Origin: Paecilomyces variotii
Lineage: Eukaryota
Length of the DNA: 64,000 bases
Direction: 5' to 3' (one strand)
NCBI GenBank assembly: GCA_004022145.1
Contig: RCNU01000006.1
In this document: positions 48,236 through 61,019 of the stretch, piece after piece
How positions within the stretch are numbered: position 1 is the stretch's first letter
How the letters are laid out: each line of letters begins with the position of its first letter
Translations under genes and position numbers: made by a program
The notes under the pieces: generated by a model
What the model was told of the DNA's origin: nothing
What the model saw: only the letters and a program-made list of their open reading frames with translations
Database searches by the model: none

Positions 48236-51200
48236 TCATTCGTTATAGAATTTCCTCATGATCAGGTGCAAGAAAAGATTGACGTTAACTCGTAGGTGTC
48301 CCTCGAAGAAGTCGAGGAACTGGGTGTTGTTAAACTGCGCCTGCAACAGATCGTCCAGCGGTACCTGGGCGTTTGCACCAGGAATCATCATATTGCCGCT
48401 GCTTCCGTCGAGTGTGAACACTCCAACTTCGTTACTCGATATTGTCAGGTCGACACGGTCCCATTGGCGTTCGGTATAGCCCTTCCAGTGGACCAAGACA
48501 CCTTTATCAGCAAGATTGCGAGCCGAGTACTTGAAAGAGCCGAATTTAAAGACGCGTCCCGATTTCTGCAGTTCACGTTCATGATCCCATTGTTTGGTAA
48601 ACGGCATCAAGAATCGCTTCTTCCCCTTCTTGTTCTGCAGGGTGACCATTGCCTGCTCAATATAGTCGTTGTAGGTCTTGAGCTGCTGGTCCAGGTAGAT
48701 GGCCTGGTCGTTCAGCCGCGCCAGCGTCATGCGAACACCGTCCAGTTCACGCTGTCGTTGGATTCTCCGCCGATGTTTAGTCCTGATGTCGACTGCAATC
48801 GCGTTCAGCAGGTCTTGGTAGTTGTTATGACGGCTAATCTTGCCTGCGTGTTCAAGTTGCACGATATTCTCAAGTGCCGTTCGCTTCAGCTCAGGGTAGG
48901 TCATGGCTCCAATATCGATCAAGGTATTTGCTTCGGAATAGGCACCCTTGCGTCTATTGTTGGTGGACAACTCATCGCGAACAATGGTCTGCCATCGTTC
49001 TTCGTCCTCTATAGTTGGTGGCTTGATCATGATATCCCAGAGATTGTCACCCGATTGAACTCGGATGATATAGAGGATGCAGCGTTTAGTTTCCATAAGA
49101 AGGGCCTTCACTTCAGCCTCGGGATCTACGCATAGTCAGCTACAGTTCGTGTGGGATTATGGAGGATGTATTACCTTCAACATTGTGAAGTTTAGGCAGT
49201 AGAGTCAAACTGATCTCAGAACTGCTGACACTCATCAACTCGTTTTCGTTTGTCTTGACGTTTCCGAGATCGCGAATGACCTCTTTCAGGATATCATCAG
49301 AATGGGAGCAGATGGCATTGACTTCTGAAGCCACGAGCTGATGGATAGAAAATATGTCAGACATCTTGATATATAGAGTTGGCTTCGTCTTGGCGTAAAG
49401 GTCGTTGAACTCGTCAATATCGAAATATGACTCGGCGTCTTGAACGGAGATCACTGGGATGCAGTCAGATATCTTGCACAAAACAAAACTTGGATCCGGA
49501 TACTTACTGTTGCCCCACAACTGGCCTAAACGTTGAATTGACTCGCCAACATATGAGTTAAGCGGTTGCAGGTAGACATTCTCTCCCCCAAATAGTCTAC
49601 CAGAGGCGATCTGAGAAAGGACTTTCGAAACCTCTCCGAGATTTCTCTTCTGCCCCTGGGTCAAGCCGCGGTCGACAATTCCATGCTTTTCTGGTTCGAG
49701 TATCGCCGGTTGGAAGTAGTTCTTCCAGACCCAGTATCCTGCGACTTGGAGAATGAAGCCAGGATCCTCATCGCTAAACTGTTTCAACAGAGAATCGTAC
49801 ATCTGCTGTGTTATGTATCGAATACCAAAGGGCATTCGGATCAGTAAATCTTCGAATGAACTGAAGAATTGGTCGGCGATGTCCCGGAGGTCCTGCAAAT
49901 GCCTGATAAATGTCGCTCTCGTCTCTGGGTCCCTGATTGCTTCCTCTCTCCGCACGTCAGGACGACGTCGACTTCGCCTACCGGTACGAAGTTCCTCGTC
50001 GCTGATCGCAGAGCGATATATCTGCATCGGATCACTCTCCAAGTCCAGATCCGGATTGTCGATCACAGTCTCCTTCACCAGCTGGCTTAACACATCCCGC
50101 ATGAATTTGCGGTCCCTCGGCGACTTGACGTAGGCTCCAAAGAGCTTGTTCCAGAAGAAATTACAGCGCATATACTCCTGAAGCGAGTCAAATCCCTCAA
50201 TTTCTTCCTTGACGGAGCGGACAATCAGCTTCATCAGGTAGTATTCCTCCCTTCTCTTCTGAGAGTATCCAAACAGACCCATTATCAGGTGCTTAATCCG
50301 CTCAAACTCCTTCTCCGCCGTGTTTTGTTCCCGCAATCTACGGAAAAGTTTGGCCAGGTATTGTGGCTGGGTCTGAAGCAAGAAGAACAGTACCTGGTAC
50401 TGCTCTAACTTCTTTCTGGATGTCTTGTTTAGCGCCTTGAGATCGAAAGGATCCTTCGACGAGATGTCTGTGTTGGACAAGAGACTTCCAACGTGGCCAC
50501 CGAAGTGCTTCTGGTGCTTAACAACCTCATCAAGGGTGATTTTGTTCTTGACGAGAAGCGCGATTTTGATATCCAGCTGAGTGATGTACTGGTCGGCCAT
50601 CTCATTTTGACGAACTTGCTGAACAACAGTCTTTCTCAATCGCTCAAATTCAATTTCTTCGTCGAAGTCAAAGTCGCTATCGTTAAGAAGATGTACGAAC
50701 CCCTTGATCGTTCCAACAGGGGGATTCTTGCCGCTGGTGAGGCTCTTGTACGCTTGGCCCTGAATCTTGCCTCTCACAAAGCTTTGGACTTTGATGACCT
50801 TTTCCATATTCTCACGGTAGAACCGGCGTTTTTCTTCAAACCGTGAGCGGACGAGACTGCCCCTGATCCACGCCTGAAGCTCAAGGACAGCATCTTCTTG
50901 AATATAGAGATCAGTAAGCATCCGCTCCAGCTGAAAGCGGTAAAGCATGGCTCTGGCAGAAGACTGAATCTCAATGATTTCTTCGGTACAGTCTTCCAGC
51001 TGAGATTGTATGTCAAGGATGTTCTGCCTTACGATGGCTGCCCGGGCGCATGCCTGGAGTTCTGTCAAGAGAGACGTCTCCTGCTGTAGTGCGCAGCGAT
51101 CAGCCTCGATACGTCTGCGCAGTAGGAATCCCCGGGCTGAAGACTGAAAGTCCAACACTGAAGCTTCATTTTCAGCCAACGACCTTTTCTGAGATTCGAT

Positions 51201-53474
51201 ATCATATCGAAGTGCCTTTGCTCTTATGGCACTCTGGAGAGATATGACCGAGGGTTCTTCATTGTGCAAGAGATTCCGGAGATGTCGAAGGCTCTCTCTC
51301 ACGGCAGAACCACGGGAGGTAGATTGCAAAGTAAGCCACTTGTCACTAAATCCGACTAATGCATCTCTTTGTTCAGCCAAACTAGCTCGAGTGGCCATTG
51401 CCCGTGCGCTCGCTTGTATAAAAGCAATAAGGGAGCTTTCTGCCTGGAGCGCTGACTTAGAGCCGGAGATCGATTGGCGGGCAAGCATTCCTCGGATTGC
51501 TGCTTGTATAAAAGCAATAAGGGAGCTTTCTGCCTTGAGCGCTGACTTAGAGCCGGAGATCGATTGGCGAGCAAGCATTCCTCGGATTGCCGCTTGTAAA
51601 CTCTGGACTTGGTCTTCGGAGTCTCTTGTCTCCTCGATCTGCTCGTGCGCCTGCTTCCTTTGTAGGGCACCTCTTATAGCTGCCTGGAAAGACTTGATGC
51701 CGGACTCTTGTCGTCGCATTTGTGTTCTGATATAGTTGACTTCAGTTCGAGCTTTGGCTGCCCGCACTAGACTCTGCAGTTTGAGAATGTCAGGTTCCTT
51801 TGTCTTCCACCAATCCTCATTCTTTCGCTGCCTCGATCGCACGATAAACCCTCGGCAGCTTGCTTGAAGGTTGGTTGCAAATCGGCGCATGCTCAGCCTG
51901 TACTCCATGATCTGCCGTGTGAAGTCGCCACGGATCCTAGATTGAAGATCGATGATTAGATGTTCGATATCCCACAGGTCGTTCATGACATCGCCGAGTT
52001 TTACTCGCAACAATGCACCCCTTATCTGAGACTGAAAGTCGATAATAGACAGTTCGTTTTCCCGCAGTTCCCTGTCTATCCTTTCTTCCTCTGACTCCAC
52101 TGGCTCTGGTTCAGGCTCCGGTTCAGGTTCCGCACCAAAGCTAGCACCCATGCCGGAGAAACTAGGCATACTGACGCCTGACTTGTCGAGGCCCTTTTGC
52201 ATCTGCTCCAGCTCATGGTGTTCAAACTCAAGCTGACCAACCAGGTTTCCAATGCGGAAGTCGACGATCCCTTTTTTGTACAGCAGCCAGGACAATGCGT
52301 GAATGCAGTGGATGACTTTGGGGATATTCTTCTTCTCGTAGAGATCGATCAATTCGAACCGGAAGAGGTCAGGCAGTTCTACCTCTTCAAGGAATCGGAA
52401 GAACAGTGCAATATTGTCGGAGTGCCGGTATTGTAGTTTCGGGTGGCGAAAGATTCGGAACGTGCGATTTGGACATAGTGCCTGCACAACTTCGGCCAGC
52501 GTCACTCCATCACGAAGCGCTTCTTCCAGTTGAACGATAGGTGGAACTGGTTTTTGGATCACATCTTCTATCCACTCCTTGGCCTCTCCAATGTGACATA
52601 GATACTCGTAGGCCTGAAGAAATTGCCGCTGTTTATCCATCCAGTTGCCTGCGGCCCACGAAGAAGTATTCTTTCTCCTGGTTCCATTTCCACTGCCGCT
52701 TCCATTTCCAGAATCCGCACGCTTGAGGCGCCGTCTGCCCTGCAGACCTACCACCGAAGGCGAATTATTGATGGAAAATTCTCCGCCCTCCCCTGACTGA
52801 GCAATTTTGGAAAGGGTGCGGAGATGACCGGTCGAAGACTTCTGAAATGTCTCGAGCTCGGGGGCAGTAAGAGCAGTGGTCAATGGAGGCGGGTGTGGAG
52901 TGGATACAGAGTAAGAATGATTCACCCTGGTGCGAGGAGATATGCTATGAGGAGATGCCGGAGGGCTGTACGCAGCGGCGTCCACGCTCCTCAGAGGCTC
53001 ATTTTCTTGTCTGGACGCAGGGCGGGCTTCTGGAGTGATTGGTCTGTAGTCTTTAGGGAAAAGCCTTTCATCCAAGGTTTGGCTTCTGTTATGACCAGGC
53101 GGGCGGTAGGGTATATATTTTGTCGGAGGCGGCACAGCATTAGGAACTTGTGGTAACGGTCTCAGTGAGCGGCGTATATTTCCATATGTCTCCCCAGCGC
53201 TCGGTGGCCTGTCCGCCGCTGGTGTTTGCCCGATTGTCGCAGACACCATATTGGTCAATTCGCTCTTCCCTCTCGGGTGCACGAAGCTACCAAAGACTGA
53301 CCCAACGGACGCATTTGAGGATATCGTGCTGGTGCGGCTGGGTGCAAAAGAATTGGAATAGATAGAGTAGATTGATGAGCTAGTTGAGGCCGTCGACCCA
53401 TGGCGAAAAGGACTGGGCGTCGAGGCCGAAACGTCCGTCTGCGATCTTCTGGCAGATGGCAAGTGGTCGGACAT
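48236..53474 (-). CDS. iqg1: IQGAP (Iqg1/Rng2/SepG-like) cytokinesis scaffold
   Basis: Probable start 53474; introns 49507-49454 and 49174-49126. CH domain (QAYEYLCHIGEAKEWIE, LRDGV), many IQ motifs, RasGAP-related domain and RasGAP_C. Confidence 0.94.
51411..51598. repeat. Near-perfect 90-bp in-frame tandem duplication inside IQGAP
   Basis: 51411-51500 versus 51501-51590 differ at three positions. Confidence 0.95.
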
Positions 53475-54656
53475 CACGCACGCAACTGGCCAGACAGGAA
53501 TGCAAGGATCGATGAAAAGGCGAAGATCCTGTCCTCCAAACGCATACCTGCTTCCTCGCAGGAACAGTGGAAAGCAGGAGGGGATGTTTGGGCGAAGGGT
53601 GCGCGGAGGTGTAAGTGCGCAGGAATGCTGAATCAAGGGCGGCGTCGCCCGGTCCAATGATAGCAGAAACGCAAGGGCAGGGTATTATTCTTTTGAGCCT
53701 CGTTTTTCTAATTGCGGAATCAACAGAACAGTGAGTGCAAGCTCGAGTGTCAAACCGGATGCACAATCCCCAGAGAAAGAACAAAAGGAAAAGGGTATCA
53801 CGAACCAGCCGTCCTGATGGTTCGAATAATAATGTAAGGTCGGCGATTTGATTCTCTCGATCGGGTCGGCCAGCTGTTGATGGCGGGGAAGGAGCCGGGC
53901 GACCTCAGGCGATAAACAAATCTCCCGAAGCGGCATAGCTCAGCCGGCGTCGAGCTTTCCCATGTTTACTTTTATGGCACATCGCGTCAATGCGTTTTGC
54001 CTCTTCCCGGCGACAACCGGCGAGGCTAGGACTGTTGATGGTTATTAATGTTTCCATATGGTAGGTATTCCTCATGATTCCAATAATATTCATGATTCGT
54101 TAGTGGTCTCACTCGGTGCCTCGACAAGTCATCTAAGCCGCCGTCATCTGTGTCCCCTCCGTCGCTAGCTAGTCCAAGGCGGTCTGGAATTCTCATCTGT
54201 GATGTTGGCCTGTGCTTGATCTTCCTACTTGGTGCTAACTACTGCCCGTCAGTATCTAGGTACAGTAGTAGTAATACGTGCCGGGCTCCATATGGAGAAT
54301 GTGGATTGATCGCGACGGGGTCCGAGTCGGTGCGGCGGTGGTTACGGAGTACATAATTAGTACAGCCACAGGATCCGAACTTTGGAGGAATCCACTACTG
54401 TAACCTCACAATGGGAATTATTGTCAATTTGTCATGACTCATGGTAAGGTATCAAAATCAGAAGCGAGAAAGGAACGCAGTGTCGCTGAGATTGCGCTCC
54501 AGCAGCATAGTTACTTAGCTTGTTAGCAAAACAATGGAATGACTCCAACTCCTGGACGTCGAGCAGTATCTGAAACCGATGACATCGTATATACTAGATG
54601 CATCAAGCATTATGCCAGTATCTATTCTTATAAACCCCGTTCTCCTGGTGCAGCTG

Positions 54657-55430
54657 GAGGCTATACCGGGCAGATTTGTTCCGAGCCATGACAAGCTTGC
54701 GATATCTGGTCAACAGAGGGGTGGTCACGCAGAACAGAGTAATGTGGCTAAGGCTGCAAGGACAGAAACAGCTCCATTCGCTTCCAGTTGATTCAACATC
54801 CCCGTAGCGAACACAGTGGAACAGACAAGTGATAAGGCGGCAAACCCACGGGCAGCATACATAGCTAAGATAGCCCTCGGCCAGGTGGCCAGCAAGAACT
54901 GAGTCACATTCATTCAAAGCATATCCAATTAGTACTAAGGGCACGAGTGAGGCAATCCAAATTATTTCTACCATATCTTTTATCATATGTTGATTCTAGA
55001 CATGCCCCGCAAACATGTGCTATGCTCTGATCTTGCTGGCACTAGACGAATAGTATATACGTACAAAAACGCTGGCGAGTCAGTGCTGGAAGGTTCGTTC
55101 ATAGTACAGCAGGGTCCATTGCAGGCAAGGTTATCAAACTGCAGTCCTCTAACAGAAGTTAGAAAATTCATTCTAATGCGACTATAGTTCAACAATGACA
55201 TGTCTAGAGTAACTCTGCTGCTACGTAGCTACATACCTTACCAGACGCAGCAACGTTCTTCGCGGCGCTAAGACCGATCGGCAGTATGTATAGATCTGGC
55301 ATCGAGAACACTGAGGCTTGACTACGAGATGGACTCTCGTTAAAATAGGCATACGATAGCCCACGCCCTACGTCGTCTATTGGCAATTTGACATCCAGGC
55401 GCGATAGTCTTAAAACGGCCCTGGCAACAA
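54657..55430 (-). pseudogene. Degenerate MFS (DHA1-type) transporter relic
   Basis: Frameshifted pieces WIASLVPLVLIGYALNECDSVLAGHLAEGYLSY / YAARGFAALSL...FATGMLNQLEANGAVSVLAALAT / FCVTTPLLTRYRKLVMARNKSARYSL resemble the C-terminal helices of fungal DHA1 transporters. The core is 54657-54970; the upstream extent is uncertain. Confidence 0.65.
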
Positions 55431-56041
55431 TCACCTAAGATGAGCAGCAGATCTTCGGTTCCATTCGATAGCGTCGATAAGCGCGTGGAGTGGAACTTGT
55501 CTACTTATTCTACTCCGTACTAGTGGAATCGAAGCGCTCCATTTTTGTATTGAGCTGGCAGCTTCTAGGCCCTCGTCTTAGGAATCAGACTCTATTTGGC
55601 ATGGAATAATAGAATAGATCCCAATGGCATTATTACTATTACTATTATTATTTATTATCTTTACAGATTTCCGACTGTGGGATAGATGGTTATTATGGAA
55701 CATGAGCCGGATGTGGGCGTCGCTCATTGGTCAATACGGCCATCTACGGAGATCCCCACCCAATCGCGACTTCAAGTTGTCATCATCGGTCACTTTTTTG
55801 ATTTTTGGCGCTGACCTTGCCCCAGCGCCGATCAGATGGGGAACTGACGCAGACCCAGTGAAGGACCAAAAAGAACATTCGCTCGCTTTCCCTAGATCAA
55901 ATCATCCGGAAAAGTCTTTTTTGTTTTTCTTTCTTCAAATAAAGACTACCTACAAAGGAGAACCGCTGGAAGAACAGGTTGAAGAGAGAGATAACGTATA
56001 TCGGGATAGGAAAGGAACGCAGAGAGAAGAGGAACAAAGCT

Positions 56042-56563
56042 ATGGACGTTCTTCCACCGCCACGATATCTCTATAAGATAGTCCCCTCTTCTAGTCGGGT
56101 CCCCGAGCCTCTTCCGGAACGCCTTCCCGTCAGCCTCATGGACCAGCGCTCGGGATTTATCCATCTGTCGACGGCGCACCAGATTCCCAATACGCTCAAG
56201 TATTTTTTCAGGGACGAACCGCTCGTGTATATCCTACGGATCGAATATGACCGTGTAGAGCAGGATATCCGATGGGAGGACCCCGATGGCCAGGTGTGCG
56301 GACCACGAGCTGGAGAGGGCCAGTTTCCAGTAAGTTATAGCTGTCCAACCACTAATTTACTTCACGATATTTGGAACGGTTCTTTATCTCGGAAGGGAGT
56401 GGCTTTCATAACCAGAAGGTTGTTCGTACTAACTTGGTGTATCCAGCATCTATACAACGGGTTGAAGTTGGGTCGGAGTGAAGTCGAAAGTGTCGCCATA
56501 TGGAAGAACCAGGACGGATGGGACGAAGTCATAAAGAAGGCCAAGCCTTGGCTTCTTTACTGA
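56042..56563 (+). CDS. DUF952 domain protein
   Basis: Exons 56042-56329 and 56447-56563. YLYKI, DQRSGFIHLST, IRWE and FPHLYNG. Confidence 0.88.
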   Translation: MDVLPPPRYLYKIVPSSSRVPEPLPERLPVSLMDQRSGFIHLSTAHQIPNTLKYFFRDEPLVYILRIEYDRVEQDIRWEDPDGQVCGPRAGEGQFPVSYSCPTTNLLHDIWNGSLSRKGVAFITRRLFVLTWCIQHLYNGLKLGRSEVESVAIWKNQDGWDEVIKKAKPWLLY

Positions 56564-56804
56564 TAAAATCACCTCTGGCGGACTTATCGTTCTAGTTGGA
56601 CGTCACCCTCGTGATCGAAAGCGTATCTTAGGCTTGCGTTCACATGATTATAGCGGCCTCCCAAGGTCTTCAGACTGCTTGCTCAGGAAGTTACGATGAT
56701 AATGTATTATTATACAATTTCGAGACGATCAATTGGATACGATGTATCTATCATTTTGGCTATCCGTCGTCCTTTCCCTTCAAGCATCTGCTGCTGCTGG
56801 CCCT

Positions 56805-58137
56805 TTAATCGCCAATCGGGTAGGGGTGCAGGATCTGTCCATCTGTTGAGAAATTGGTGGTCAATATACGATCCGGTATAGTGGGGAGCATGAGAGCTTG
56901 ATATTCGATGAGAACTCACAATAAGTCGATGCCTCCTTGCTAGCAAGGAAGACAAAAGAGGTGGCGACTTCGCTTGGCTGGGCTGGCCGTCCCAGGGGGC
57001 TCTTGGAGTGGAAACCCTTCATCTGCTCAGGAGGTCTTGTATCCGCCTGGATAGGAGTGTAGACCGCTCCAGGACTAATATAACAGAGTGTCAGCCCGAT
57101 CTATTCCCATCTGCAACAGAAGTCGTTCGCAGACTTACGCAACAGCATTGACGCGGATACCCTTAGGGACCAGCTGAACAGCCAGCGACCGTGTGAAACC
57201 CACAATTGCACCCTTCGTGGCTGAGTAATCTACCATACTTTTGGAGCCGCGGAAAGTCGTTACTGATGTATTGTTTATGATCCTGCAGGGTCCTTTTAGC
57301 TCGAAGCTCCAAATCAAGGATAGAAGTACAACGTACGAGTCACCCTTGTGTAAGTGAGGAAGGGCAAACTTCGTCACAGCGAACATCTGAAGAATGTTAG
57401 TCCTGAAGATCTTCGCGACTTCGTCTAGATCAATTTGTGCGAAGTCGCTGCACAGGAGCTGTTGTGAGGCGTTGTTCACGAGGACGTTGAGCTTCCCGAA
57501 ACTTATTTGGAGACAGAATCAGTAATAAGAACTATACTATAAGATGTTGTCAATATCTAATTTATGATAACTCACTTCTTGATATGTTCGTCAACCGCCC
57601 TCTTGCACGTCTCATTATCCATCAAATTTCCAGCGAAGAGATGGCATGTCCGCTTCTCTAATTCGACCAACCTCTTGGTCTCTATGGCATCTTCCTGCTC
57701 TTCGGGAAGGTATACGATCGTGATATCAGCACCTTCCCGCGCCATCAATGCGGCTATGGAACGGCCGATTCCGGAACTATATCAGCAGTTAGCATATAAC
57801 CAAACGCACCGGTCATATTAAATCACAGCCTATTGCTCCAACGCAACGGCCACGTTTTCCCTCTGAGACATACTCTCCGCCAGTGATAAGAACCTTCTTA
57901 TCCTTCAGCTTTCCAGATCCAACATATTCTACAAAATCACCACAATCCTCCAGTTTGGTCGGTTCGCTCGGCGGCATCATATTCTTCTCCAACCTAGAAA
58001 TCAGTTAATTAATTAATACAAAAGAAAACATCTCTTCAATGCCTATAACACAGGATCCGGAAACCTTACCCTGGCTTTTGCTGACTCTGAGCAGTCTGCG
58101 GGGCCTTGAAAGCCCCGTGTTCTCCCATTTGCGACAT
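56805..58137 (-). CDS. Short-chain dehydrogenase/reductase (YhxC/YghA-like), multi-exon
   Basis: Spliced product contains GSGKLKDKKVLITGGDSGIG, NNA, YSATK (YxxxK), IRVNAVAPG, PLGRPAQPSEVA and ends GQILHPYPIGD*. Confidence 0.9.
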
Positions 58138-58718
58138 CTTGTATTTGCGATTGGATCCTCTTCCTCTTTTCACAATTTAGGATATTGTGTGCCTGCTCCA
58201 AGCACGATTGGTAAAAGGCGAATTTGTTTAATGGAATAGATGATAATCTGAAGTTAGGTATCTCTGTTCTTAATATTGGAAACACTGGGATATTGTTCTT
58301 CAAGTATAATGTAGACTCTGCGGTCAGCTTGTCGTCATGTTGCTGTAATGTTTCGCAACCCATAGGCTTTTTTGGGTTGTTCTTAACCACGAGATCGAGA
58401 AAAGTCAGAAATTCCAATCTAGATTAAGTTAGTGGCGATCATGGCTTCCTTTCTATTGTTCTGTTAGTATCTGCGAACCGAGGTGGAGGGGGGTAGAGAA
58501 CGCGCTAAGTAGTGTACATACATGTACACATAAGTAGCGCCATTCGTTCGCCTCTCAACAGGGCCGGTATATGTCTACTTTAAATATTGACATCTAAATT
58601 CACGTTTGAGATACATATCGCCAATCGAAATTTATATTTATATTACTGTAAGATATACATCATGTTATCATAAGACATAGATAATACTCCACAGCCGGCC
58701 GAGAAGGCTATACATAGA

Positions 58719-60233
58719 TCACTGTATTCTCCGCCCAAACAGCCGTGAGAGTACCCAATAGATCAGAATGAGGAAACAGTTCCTCCAACTAAGGACCAAG
58801 CTCAAGTATGCACCTCTCCATATCAGCCAAGCAGTTCTACCCGTCAGGCCTTCGGGAACCATTTTGCTTCTCTGAGTCGCCTCCGTATGCGGCATCTGCA
58901 TCAACCCCTTGTCATCGCCAATATACGCCAGGAGACCCATATCCCGGAAACTGAATCTTGGAGCACTGTCGAAATCATTCTTGTTCAATCTCTGAGCTAG
59001 GTATTTCGCCTCTTGGTTTGCGGCAATCGCTGTTGCGGGTGGAGTCCCGTGTTCCAGCATAGCGTTGTCGCCAATTGCGAAGACATCTTTCATAACTGCG
59101 GTAGTCCCATCCTTTGCCTCCAGTTGAAGACGGAAATAACCGTCCACAAGCAAAGCCTTGGGGTTTTTCTTCACTTTCCAGCCTGTTGGCTTGGCGTCTT
59201 GGGTTAGGCCACTGGGGCTCTTCAGGACAGATGCCTCTGGGAACTCATCGAGGTCGGACAGCGCTTGCTTGATGAAGGGGTTTATCGCATTTCCAGTGGC
59301 CCAGACGCACATGCCCACACCTGTCTCTCCGTCTTCCTTGGTCTTCAACGTCAAGCAAGTCTTGGGATCCATATCTATTCTAGGCTTGTATGGCTCACCC
59401 CATCGCAGCTCCTCAATGTGGTGGGAGGTTTTGATGTCGACGCCTTGCAGTTTCATCGTCTCCATAGCATATGTGGAAAGAGACTCATCGAACATGCCCA
59501 ATATCTTTGGAGCGACATCGTACAGAGTGATGCGCACACGATCCTTCACCTGCGGGTAGTATTTCAACAGATCCCTCCGGATATAGTCCGCCATAAGCCC
59601 GACGAACTCGATACCCGTGGGTCCTCCTCCTACGACAGCAAAGTGAAGCAGATGTGTACGCAGTTCCTCAGGCTTGTTTGGCAGCACTGCCAGCTCGAAG
59701 CACTCTCTGATTCGCCTCTGCACTTTACGTGCATCCTCAATGTCTCTATACAGCAGAGCGTTTTCCTGCACTCCGGGCGTGTTGAATGTGTTTGTGATAG
59801 AGCCGGTTGCGATCACGAGTTTATCGTAGTCGAGTTCAAACTTGGTGCCTTGACGCCATCTTTGAACGTCTAGTTCCTTTCCTCTCATCTCTCGAGTGCT
59901 CTCCACCTTCTCCGGTTCCGATCTGACCACAATGTCTGTCGCTTGTCCCTGCACGATACTAGCTTCGCAAGATACCCTCTTGTTCACGAAGTCGACGCTC
60001 CGGGCCACTGCCGGTGCGAAATTGATACGGTGTTTCCGGTCACGAACGGGTTCGACGACGTGGGAGAACTCAAGAGTACCGACTGTCGCCTCCGACAGCA
60101 GAGGAGTGAAAACGAAGTTCTGCCTCGGTGATACAACCGTTATGTCGTACTTCGCCGCCGAGAGATGGCGCGAGAGGACAAATCCTCCCCAGCCGCCTCC
60201 CAGGATTAGAACGCGTTCCTTTTGACGAGCCAT
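58719..60233 (-). CDS. Type II (alternative) NAD(P)H dehydrogenase-like flavoprotein
   Basis: Intronless. LGGGWGG, FTPLL, YDKLVIATG, VGGGPTGIE, VWATG, FAIGD and a C-terminal amphipathic region. Confidence 0.9.
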   Translation of the reverse strand: MARQKERVLILGGGWGGFVLSRHLSAAKYDITVVSPRQNFVFTPLLSEATVGTLEFSHVVEPVRDRKHRINFAPAVARSVDFVNKRVSCEASIVQGQATDIVVRSEPEKVESTREMRGKELDVQRWRQGTKFELDYDKLVIATGSITNTFNTPGVQENALLYRDIEDARKVQRRIRECFELAVLPNKPEELRTHLLHFAVVGGGPTGIEFVGLMADYIRRDLLKYYPQVKDRVRITLYDVAPKILGMFDESLSTYAMETMKLQGVDIKTSHHIEELRWGEPYKPRIDMDPKTCLTLKTKEDGETGVGMCVWATGNAINPFIKQALSDLDEFPEASVLKSPSGLTQDAKPTGWKVKKNPKALLVDGYFRLQLEAKDGTTAVMKDVFAIGDNAMLEHGTPPATAIAANQEAKYLAQRLNKNDFDSAPRFSFRDMGLLAYIGDDKGLMQMPHTEATQRSKMVPEGLTGRTAWLIWRGAYLSLVLSWRNCFLILIYWVLSRLFGRRIQ

Positions 60234-61019
60234 TGATGGATTAAAGAATTAAAAGATCATCGATTTCAGTACAAGATGTAGAGCGCAGACAACGACCGTC
60301 TCGTCTCGTTTAATTAATTCAGGTATATGCGGATAATTGCAATCTGCCGCCAAGACAACATCTGCCCCACAGGAAGAGATCCAATTGTTATATAGGATGC
60401 TCTTCACCTATCTCTAACATTGTTCTGGGGCACCATTCGCCCACAGAATGACGAACGCGTCAATGTAGTTGTAAGTGATGACAGAACTGGCATCAGTCTA
60501 CGGGAACGTTCGGAAAGTTCTATGCGCAACGCAAGCATGAAGTCATTGAATGTTTGGGAAGCCAGACAGCGGTTTCTGGGCCGCGACAGCAGGATATTAA
60601 AAACGATTCGCGTTATGACGACAGTCCATATCAGATCGATCCATATTATACTGATGAGGGGTAGATGAGGGGAGGAGAGATTGTTGGTTCTTTGGTCTTT
60701 CCGCTTCAGGTTACACATGAGGGGAAAGCCCTGCTTATATAAAATTTACCCCTCATGGCTGGCAAGTTGAGAGCGAAATGCAGGAAACAATCAAGATAGA
60801 TACTTATGGTAACATGGATGATTTACTATTATTATTTCTATCACTGGGCTTATCTTGTTCTAGAAAATTCATGGTCTGGAGTTCGTCGTGAATATACATA
60901 CCCCTTGCGCCAAGGCGGGACTTTCAGTACTACAGTACCTATCATACTTCTTGCCGAAGAGCCTTCTCACACGACAATCCACCTCTCTGAAATCTCGAAG
61001 GATTAATGACTAGAACTTT

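Noticed and set aside
53475-53657. N-terminal extension of the IQGAP ORF
   Set aside because: It depends on a TTG start; the ATG at 53474 is preferred.
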